Part shown: in pieces, positions 53,655-64,000 of the stretch
Layout: every line of letters begins with the position of its first letter
Numbering within the stretch: position 1 is the stretch's first letter
Assembly (NCBI RefSeq): GCF_009914755.1
Contig: NC_060926.1
From: the human T2T-CHM13v2.0 reference genome, Homo sapiens
Reading direction: 5' to 3' (one strand)
Length of the DNA: 64,000 nt
Position numbers and translations under genes: made by a program
Notes under the pieces: model-generated
Told to the model about the DNA's origin: nothing
Database searches by the model: none
The model's input: the letters and a program-made list of their open reading frames with translations, nothing else

Positions 53655-54165
53655 CAATAATAAATAACATTTATTGAGAACTTCCCATGTTCCTGACAAT
53701 ATTCTTCCATGTTAATGCCTCATTTAATGCCCCCTACCTTCCCATGAGGTAAGAATTATCAGTAACCCAGTTTAAAAACAGAAAAACAGGCCAGGCGTGG
53801 TAGCTCACACCTGTAATCTCAGTACTTTGGAAGGCTGAGGTGAGAGGATTACTTGATTCCAGGAGTTCAACACCAGCCTGGGCAACATAGGGAGACTCCG
53901 TCTCTATAAAAAATTAGCCAGGAATGATAGTGTACATCTGGGGTCTCAGATACTTTGGAGGCTGAGATGTGAAGTCAAGGTTGCAGTGAGCAGTGATTGT
54001 GCCACTGCACTCCAGCCTAGGTGACAGTGTGAGACTGAAAAAAGAAAAAAGAAAAAGAAAAAGAAAAAGAAAAAAATAAGAAAAGAAAATGAAAGGAGAA
54101 ATTAAGTACATCCCCCAAGGTCACACAACTAGAATCTGGATGGAGTTAAAGTCTTTCAATCCAGG
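53655..54165 (-). mobile_element. MIR interrupted by AluJ
   Basis: aataacatttattgagaac...cccatgaggtaagaattatc | ...ttaagtacatcccccaaggtcacacaactag. Confidence 0.75.
53789..54089 (+). mobile_element. AluJ-like, right-arm deletion, (GAAAAA)n tail
   Basis: gaggattacttga...cctgggcaacataggga; gcagtgagcagtgattgtgccactgcactccagcc. Confidence 0.9.
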
Positions 54166-56059
54166 GCACATATCCAATAATCATTACAATGTATTTAACA
54201 TATAGATTCAGAAATGGGCTAAATGCATGAAGTCTCCTTAGCTACTGTCTTATTCCAATCACAGATGGTAAAAAGAGTAATGTAAATAAATGAGCAGATA
54301 GCAATAGTTAAATAAACTAACATTTAGGATTCAACAGTTGAGGGTTTACACAGCAATGCCAGCTCTCACTTTCTTTTGCCTGACATTTTTTAAAACAGTT
54401 TCTACAGAATGCAACGTGGAAAAGCAGGTCAGTTAATTCAAGTCATTATTGAAGACTTACCAGACATACAAGTTCCAGTAGAGTTTAAGTTATTCTTGGT
54501 GACAGAAATATGAGTATAATATTTAAAAGATATGAATAATCTGATTTTGCTCCAGTTCTTTGAGTTTAAAATCTGGGTAACAAAAGCCTGTAGAGGTCAT
54601 AGGGTACACCGCGTATGGCATTTTGTTCCATTTCAGTCTAGTTAAGCATAAAAATGGTTCAATTGTACAGTACCAAAATGCGTGCTTGAGGTTTTGGTCC
54701 GAGTTTTCTTTAAAAAGAGCTTCATTGTTTGTCCAATTTGAACTCATTGATTGACAACCATTTATAGATTACATTTACCCATTTCAAGGGATACTAAAAT
54801 CATAGAATTTTACCATGAGAAGTGTTTTGGAGTGAGGAGTTTCTTCTGCTTTCAGACTCTGCTTTCTTTCATACTTGATTAGAAGACCAAAATATGTAGA
54901 CAATTTTACTTACTAAATATATGACCAAGATTGATTTCATTTTGAGAAGAACTGGGCAAATTATTGACACTCGCATTGTTTAGAAACTATCACAGTTAAC
55001 CTACCCAGGAGCCTAATAAAATGTCTTATTCTTGTGTAAATTGAATCAGCATGTGCAAAAGTCGTTTTCATGTTAAATAAATGTGAAGGTCAATGGATGA
55101 ATAGAAACCAAGGGAAAAATGGATTTTGTTTCCTTCTATGCCATTGCTATTAGCCTTTGCATCTATCAAAGATAGTTCATTCTGAAGCCTGCAAGTGGGA
55201 GGAAACTGCAATTCAAGAAACAGTAAAAGAACACTCTGTACTCTCCTTGAACTTCTCTGCCCCAGTCTCTACATATATTTTCATTTGTCCTCAGTCTTTT
55301 GAGATTGCTTTTGAGGAATAATATGGGCTCCCTCTGGTGACTAATTTCACATGTAAACATTCTCATGGCAGTTAGTTAAGAAGCTGCAACCTCAGGATCC
55401 TGTGCTTGTCTCATACAGAAAAGTATGTAAGGTTATAGGCTTACGGGAAAGCTTTTTGATTCAGTTTTTGTGTTTTTAAGTAAAAATAAATCTCAGAATT
55501 TAGCATGCGTTCTCCATTGGATGCACAGAGTAAATTTTCATCACTTAACTATTACATTAAATTCCCCAATTGTGTGCTATTTTTATTTTAGCTACCATTA
55601 TTTGGAATGAAAAGATCTTCATAGTTTCAGAAAACAATACTTCAGACATTTAGACAAAATGAAAGTATGTAGAAGTAGCACAAATAGATTTTTTTTGTAT
55701 GTTTTGTTAAGATAGAAAATGGAGTTGATGCAGGAAAAATAAGAAATCGATGTCATGGATAAAGACGACTTCTCCTGGTCTCGTTTCTCTAAGCAAAACA
55801 ACTCAGTAGCTCAAGAGACTAGGTAAGGCCTCCTACCCAGCATTTTGTGGCAGATTTTAGATTGCTTATTCAGCTCATCCTTTTTCCTACTTCTATTTCA
55901 TCCGTCTCCCCTCTCTCCTTTCTGCAAGGAAATAAAATGTATTCCAAGAGATATAATTAAAACTTTCAACATTGTTCTGGTCTCATGGTCATTCTTTTAA
56001 AATCAGAAGTAACCTTCATTTTGAAATTCCTATGCATCTTTCCCTTCAGAAATTATAAA

Positions 56060-56480
56060 TTTACTAAATGTCTATATAAACAATCTTAAGATTGAATATT
56101 GTCTTGAAACATTTTATAGTTTACTTATGTTAGTATCATTGTGTATATATTTTCCTGCAACTGGTGTCTTCATTAGCATGAAATTTTTAGAGATTTATAT
56201 ATGACACATGTAAATGTATATTATTCTCCTTACCTGCTTTCAATTATACTATACTACTGTAATACCGTTTATTCAGGCCAATAATTGCCTTTTATGTTTT
56301 TCATTTTTCAGTAATCCTAAGGGTTCAGAACAACATGTGAAAGAGGGCCTGCTTTCTCTTTCACTTGCAGCAGGGTTTCCCAGGACTGTGAATTTTGATT
56401 GATAGGTCTCACAGAATGCACCTCTTTATTAACACAAAATTGTTCTCTAAAATGATTGTTTCCATTTGCGTTCCCACCTG
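56060..56480 (-). mobile_element. Ancient L1ME 3' fragment
   Basis: gtatcattgtgtatatattttcctgcaact...ttttagagatttatatatg. Confidence 0.5.
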
Positions 56481-56541
56481 CGGCAAGCCAGGTTCCCCTT
56501 AGCAACCAGAAGAATCAGTTTCCACTAACCCTTAACTATAA

Positions 56542-57009
56542 TTGTGATGAAGGCATAAGTTAAACATTAAAGAACAGGAGAAACTGCTGCCTGAGTATGA
56601 GGTGTGGAATGTGAAAACAAACCCAATGGAACCTTGCCTGGGTTTTCTCAGACCCTCAAGTCTGATAGAATAATGAAAGCATGCTTACACATACACCTTG
56701 TACCAGAGCGACTTACGATTAAAAAATTTTCCAGGACTATAGAGAAAGCTTTCCAGACCCCAGATCCTAGTTAAAAATTAGATATAGATTGAATGAAACA
56801 TTCCCGTTTGTAGGTACACTCCCACACGTAGGCATCGGGCTTAGAATATGTTTAAAAACAAACTTGTAACTTTGAGTTCACCTGGTGAGTTACTCTGACC
56901 TTCTCCCTGTAATTGGTTGTAGAAATAAACTCCCTTCTTTCTCAGTCTGTCTGCATCTTATTATTGGACCAAGAGAACAAGCCTCTGGTTGTTGTTCTGT
57001 CCAGGAATA
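56542..57009 (+). mobile_element. Solo LTR, family not assigned
   Basis: TG start, U3-like body, AATAAA at about 56924 followed by a pyrimidine-rich R/U5-like end (cccttctttctcagtctgtctgcatc...gtccaggaata). Confidence 0.6.
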
Positions 57010-59364
57010 TGCCCACTTCTTACTTATTCTATGAGACCATTTTGCCTAATCAGAAAAATATGTTCTCAGTTTAATTTCTGTCATGCTATGTTATACATTT
57101 AAAGCTGGTCTTCAAAAGTGACTTCACTTGATGACAATCTACTAAAGTTACAAATTTCCTCTAGTCACCTAATCATTTCCTGTATGATTCAATAAATATA
57201 CACTTTTTTGCCCCGATGTACAAATGTCAGATAGAGGAAAAAACATTAACATTTACACACCACTGCTACTTCTAAAACAAACAAACAAACAAAAAAACTC
57301 CAGCACCATATTCTAATGCCGCCTCCCTCTCCTTTTGAGATATCACCTGGCTAAACTACTCTACTCCCCTTCTTATATCATCTGACTAACTAGGTCATTT
57401 TCTTTTATTTTGCAAGATATTTTACTAAGGTGGTTCAGTTTTCTTCTACAGGCTTTCTCTGCCAGCTCCTTTGGAAGTAATAGCAATGTCCATACAAATG
57501 GCTTGATTACCTTCATGACCTTCCCCACAGTACCTGAAGAATCCTCATATATCCCTACATCCTGGTATTTATCCTGTCACCCCAAACACATTTACCTTTG
57601 AATTCTTTCACGGTATATAGAGTTAACCCAGAATGATAACTTTTCATCTATGCAATACCAGAAACATCTTATCTAAATGCAAATGGAGAAAAATAGACAA
57701 CCATAGCACACATCATTTTTAGCTTTTAAGTATTAGTTTCAAGTGAGTTCTTATTGCTGCCGAGAAAACCTGCTCATTCTCCCTAGCCATTTTTTCCTAT
57801 ATCAGAAACAATAATTTCTATTCTTAAACTTTCAAATCTACTTCCCAACTCTTGACCCTTCAAAAATATGTATGTTTCTCACATCACTGAAAAAGCAACA
57901 AACCAAATACAACTTTCAGGCTCTTCCAAAGCTACATCTACCATTCATGCTATACTTGGCCATTATGGTAGTCAAATTATCCCATTTCTCTTTTAGGCAA
58001 ACCTCCGTACTTTCACACTGAATCCTATCCACTTGAAGAATACACCTTCTGCAATCAACCCATTTCATATCCATATCATCAAGATTTCCATCTCAGCTGG
58101 ATTATCATCCTTATGCCAACATGTTGTAATATCTCCTATCCTAAACACTCAGTCTTGTGTTTTATGTGACGATAGAAGATGTAGCCAGGATTTAAAAGGA
58201 ACCCTAAATTCTGAAGTTTCTATTTTTTAAATTATTTGTCTATAGATTCCAGAAAATGACCAATGAGAGCTCTTTCATCAAAGAAAATATCGAATAAGAA
58301 TAATTGTTTAATTTTATATTTCAAGAATTTCAGTTTGTATTCAAATGGATGTGCTGGGTTTTTAAAATTTGTATGCTAATCACCTTCAGCTTGGTAGGGG
58401 AAAGAAGAGTAATCTTTGTACAATATTTTATATTCTTCTTCCTATCAAAGGCCTACTCTCCAGAGGAATAATTTTACCAGAGCCGTGTCACTGAGCCAGG
58501 GAAGAAAGGCATTCCTCCCATTCAGCCCCACCCAGACTTCCTGTCTCACCTAGGAGATGGGAGAGTGGAAAAGCTGTATAAAAAGAAATACTGATGAGAG
58601 TAAAGGCCAGAGACACAGGCCAACACAGAAACAGATTTCACTGGAAAAGTTTAGAAAGTTCTCACTCCCCTTTATCTTATACCACATTAACAGGGGTCCA
58701 TTGTGATAATAGTTGATTATAGCTGAAAGAACTACAATAAACCTACTTTTATTTTTTAAGGGAGGAGAATTTATAGGAGCTCAAAGTTAAGAGGAAAGAC
58801 CAAAACAAATACACAAGAGGAATCTGAATTCGGTTAACTATAGCAACAGAAAGCATTAATCAAAGCAAATTTAGATCAACTTAAATCCTCATAAGAGAAA
58901 TCTATTTTAGTTCCTATGGCCTGAAAACACATATTAGTTATTTAAAAAAATACAAGAAGGCAAGAAAAAAAAGAATCCACCATTTGAAGAGACAAAGAAA
59001 ACATCAGAACCAGATTAGACATAACACAGATGTTAAAATAATCAGACAGGGAATTGACAATGACTGATTAATATTTTAAGGGCTGTAATGGAAAAAAGCA
59101 GATAACACAAGGACAATGGATAATAAAATTAAAAATAAAATATCCAGGAAAGAGTCAAAGGAAATGCTAGAAATCAAAGAATAATGTAAGAGAAAGGAAG
59201 ACTGCCTTAAATAGACTTATCAGTAGACACAAGTCCAAAGCATCATTGAGTCTGAAAATAGTTCAACAGAAATTCTCCAGATTAAAATGCAATGGTAAAA
59301 AGGTTAAATAGAAAAACCCAGAACATCCAAAAACAGTGGGACAATTTCAAAAGTAACACATGCT

Positions 59365-59680
59365 GTCCAGGCACAGTTGCTCACACCTGTAATCCTAGCA
59401 CTTTGGGAGGCCGAGGCAGGTGGATCACTTGAAGCCAGGAGTTTGAGACCAGCCTGGCCAAAATGGCTAAACCCCATCTCTACTAAAAATACAAAGATTA
59501 GTTGGGCATGGCGGCAGGCACCTGTAATCCCAGCTACTCAGGAGGCCGAGGCAAGAGAATCGCTTGAACCCAGGAGGCAGAGGTCACAGTGAGCCAAGAT
59601 TATGCCACTGCACTCCAGCCTGCGTGACAAAATGAGAATCCATCTCAAAAAAAAAGTATATATATATATATATATATACC
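59365..59680 (+). mobile_element. AluSx/Sz-like with (TA)n in its tail
   Basis: Dimeric Alu, A-tail then (TA)11 at 59657-59678. Flanking AGTAACACAT at 59352-59361 and 59681-59690. Confidence 0.93.
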
Positions 59681-60560
59681 AGTAACACATACATAATTGG
59701 AATATCAGAAGGAGAAAGAAGAGAGTAGATGAAATATTTGAGGTAAAAAAAAAACTTTCTACATCAAGTCACATATCCAGGAATGTCAAAGGACAACAAG
59801 CAGAAGAAATGCCAAACTAAACCGTTAAATATTATATTTAAACTCCAGTAAACCAAAGACAAAAAAGGATCATGAAATAAGACTGAAGGAAGAGCACTTT
59901 AGCTAGAGAGGAACAAGGATAATTATTGCTACAGCAAACTTCTCATCAGAATTCATGCAAGAAAAGGCAAGTGGAGTAAAATATTTGGAATTCTGAACAA
60001 AAAAAGAAAAAGAGTAGTATTTTATATCCAGCAAAATTATCCTTCCAAAGTCAAGAGAGAGGACAAAAACTTTCTTTTGATAACCAAAAATGGTGTCTCT
60101 TATGGAAGAAAAATATAGATCAGAAACGAATAAATGATAATACATGATAAAAAATATTTTATTTTTCTTATTTGTAAAAGGGTTTAAAAGACAACTCACC
60201 TAAAAGACACTTAAAATATAAATGTAAATGATGATTATAACATATAGATAAGTTAGAAGAACAACAATACTGCTAGAATAAATGAGAGAGAGGAATTAAG
60301 AATTGTTATAAGATACCAGCATTGCAAATGTAATGGAATAGTGTTATTTGAAAATGGAGTTAGATCAGTTAGAATGTAAACTGAGGAAATCACTAATTTT
60401 TTAAAGAGTGTAATTGATAAACAAGAAATAAAATATAATCATCTAAAATTTTCAATTAAGACAAGAGAAAGCAAAAAAAAAGAGACCTTTGGCAACAAGT
60501 AGCAGCTACATAATGATTGATGCAAATACACCAACAATAACTGTAAATGTGAGTGTTCTA

Positions 60561-60878
<318 letters not shown>

Positions 60879-61027
60879 CTAACTATATGTTGCCCATAAG
60901 AAACACACACTGAATATAAACACCCTGATAGATTAAAAGTAACGAGGTGGAGAAAGCCATACTGTGCTAGTATTAGCCAACTAAGTTGGAGTAGCTGTAT
61001 TGATTTCAAGCAAAGTAGGTTTCAGAA

Positions 61028-61129
61028 CAGAAAAATTATGAGGATAGCAGAAAAATTATGAGGATAGCAGAAAAAATTATGAGGATAGCAGAAAAAATTA
61101 TGAGGATAGCAGAAAAAATTATGAGGATA
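61028..61129 (+). repeat. Minisatellite, 5 copies of CAG(A5-6)TTATGAGGATAG (20-21 bp)
   Basis: Units start at 61028, 61048, 61068, 61089 and 61110; identical apart from A-run length, last unit lacks its final G. Confidence 0.97.
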
Positions 61130-64000
61130 TATTATTATTATATAATAATAAAGAGACCAATTTTCCAAGAATACATAGCACTTTTAAATGGGCAAGGACC
61201 TAACATGGCATCAAAATATGTGAAGCAAAACTAATAGAATTCCACCAAACACAAAGTATTATATCACCAGTTTTATACAATATATTTCAGGAAATAGAAG
61301 AAAGAACTCTTTCCCACTCTCTCTATAAGGACAGCATCTCCCTAATACCAAAACCAGATAAAGATATTAAAAAGAAAGAAAAACTACAAACCAGTAACTA
61401 TCAAACTTTGACACTGCACCCTGCACATATTGTCATATCAAACCCAACAATGTAGAAAAAGAATTATACACTACAACCACATGGAACTTATTCTAGTATG
61501 TAAGGCTAGTTCAACATTACAAAAAAAAAAAAATCAATGTAGTCTACTACATTAACACACTAATGAAGAAAACCTAACGATCCTATCAATTGACACTGAA
61601 AAAAAAAACCCACTAAATCCAGCAGACTTTCATTGTAAAAACTCTTTGCAAGACGGGAAGAGAGAAACTTTTTCCATTTGTTAGAGAATATATACATAAA
61701 CCTATAGCTAACGTCATATATAATGGTGAAAAGTTGGGTGCAATTCCCCTAGGATTAGAAAGGTGGCAACAATGTCTTCTTTTACCCTTTCTAGTCAATA
61801 TCATACTGGAAATTCTAGCTAGTACAAGACAAGAAAAACAAGTAAAATCCTACAAATTTTAAAATAAAGGATCATATGCTCTTGTTCATAGATTACATAA
61901 TTATCTAGCTAGAAAATTCCAAAGAATTAACAACAAATTTCTGAACCTAAAAAGTGAATATTAAAAAGTCACAGGATATAAGGTTAATGTACAAAACTCA
62001 ATTGTTTCCTATATACCAGCAATTAACAATTGAAATTTGAAATTCTAAAATGAATACTATTTACAAAAATTGATGAAACAGTTCAAAACAGATCCAAATA
62101 AAACAGATAATTGATGTTCACAAATTTGAAGACTCAGTATTTCTAAACTGACAATTATTCCCAACTTAATCTAGAGATTCAATGAAACCCCACTCAAAAT
62201 CCTAGCAGGCTATTTATTGATATTGAAAAACTGATTCTAAAATTTTTTATAGAAAGGCAAACACAATACCAAAGTGGAAGAAAGTTAAATGGCTCACAAT
62301 ACCTCATTTTAATACTTATTATAAAGGCACAGTAGTTGAGACAGTATAGTATTGGTGAAAAAAATTAATGCATAGATAACAATAGAGGACTTAGAAACTG
62401 ACTTATACGAACATAGTCAACTGATCTTTGATAGAGAAAGACACATCAAATGAGGAAGAATAATCTTGTCAACTGGTGCTGGAGAAATTGGACCTCTCCA
62501 GACAAAAACATGAACTTAGAAACAGACCTTACATATTACACAAAAATTAGCTCAAAAATAGAATACAGAGAATACATAATACAAAACTGTAAGATTTTTG
62601 AACATGGGAGAAAATCTATATGACCTTGGATTTGGTGATGGGCTTTTAAAATAAAACACCACTAGCATAATCCATGAAAGAAAGAATTGGTAAATTGCTT
62701 ATTAAAATTAGAAACTTCTACTCTGTGAAAGACAATAAAATAAAAACACCCAGAGAAAACATTTGCAAAACATGTCTGCTAAAGAAGATGTACAGATGGA
62801 AAATAATCATATGAAAAAAATGCTCAGTATCATTTTTCATAAGGAAACTGCAAATTTAAGCAACAATGAGATAGTGCTACACACCTATAAGGACAGCTAA
62901 AATCCAAAACACTGACAATGCAAAATGCTGGTATGGATCGGGAGCCATAGGAACTCTCATTTATTGCTGGTGGAAAAGCAAAATGGTACGGCCACTTTGA
63001 AAAGCTGTTTGACAGTTGCTTGCAAAGCTAACAGTAGTCTTATTATATGATTCCCCTAGCATACTCCTAGGTATTTACTCAATTGAATGAGAGGGTTGTG
63101 TCCATATAACAACCTGCAGATAACTGATTATAGCAATTTCTTTTACAATGGCCTAAAATTGAAGCAACCAAGATGCCCTACAATAGGTGAATAAACAAGC
63201 TGTGGGGCATCCATGCTATAAAATATTTTTGGCAATAAAATTAGATGAGCTATCATGCCACAAAGTCATGGCTGAACCTAAATGAATATCATATGTGAAA
63301 GAAGCCAGTATGAAAAGCCTACATACTATAGGGCTCAAGTTATATGAAATTTCTTAAAAGGAAACATTATAGTGGGGAAACTCACTAGTGGTTAATTGAA
63401 GAGTTTGGCAGGAGTTGGAGGGTGAAGGTTGAATAAGTGTAGCACATGAGATTTTTTGCAGGGTGACGAAGTTATCCTGTATGATACTAAAATGGTGGAT
63501 TCAAGACATTAAACATTTATCAAAACCCACAGAAATTGACAACAGACAGTAAATCTTAATGCACTCAGATTGCAAAATGTACATACTTTATGGATCAGAT
63601 GATCCTGAAGGAAATGCAGAACACAACCAAATAAGCTAAATATATTACAAATGTATGCAACAACTTCACTGAAGGGGAAAATATAGTAAGGTGCTGACCT
63701 AAGTAACTTCGGGAGTGAGTGGAGTCTGCAGGACAAAAGGCAAATGGAATTGTACAAAGCACTGCACTTTAGTTAATAAAGTTTTTTTTTCTTCTCCCAT
63801 GGAGGTAACATGCTAAAACTACTATATACGTATACTGGAACTGAGCAATTAAGTAAATGAATGGCAACTGGTAGAAGCCAGTGATCACACTCCAGGGAGT
63901 GGGAGGTTACAGATAAGCAAGGAAGCAGGCTAGAATGATCCATGTAGTAATGGATTAAAGTAGAAGGCATAAGTATGAACTCATTTTAGCTTAATATACA

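Noticed and set aside
61028-61129. CRISPR-like array
   Set aside because: Head-to-tail units without unique spacers, in eukaryotic L1 sequence, with no cas genes.

Overview
AT-rich primate (most likely human or great ape) genomic DNA, either intergenic or deep intronic. I find no host protein-coding exon, rRNA, tRNA or CRISPR array. Most of the window is recognisable transposable-element sequence. It holds a 5'-truncated, decayed L1PA4-like LINE-1 (1348-6641), many older L1M/L1PB/L2/MIR relics and nine Alu-family copies. Solo LTRs include MER57 x2, MER31/67-like, LTR6, LTR8B, MER41B, MST, MLT1, MLT2 and LTR33. DNA transposons include MER2, MER20, MER47A, MER58B, Tigger3/4/6 and MADE1. The long ORFs in the track are L1 ORF1/ORF2 fragments or Alu read-through artefacts. 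I found no new biological system. The items worth follow-up are structural or regulatory: a small twin-primed L1 insertion with templated micro-insertions and a candidate 3' transduction; a TSD-bounded old L1 whose 5' end is joined directly to its 3' end; recurring fold-back scars; a young minisatellite in an ancient L1; and solo LTRs with intact or altered STAT and AP-1 motifs. Subfamily names come from my memory of consensus sequences, not from a database search. Boundaries of old elements are approximate.
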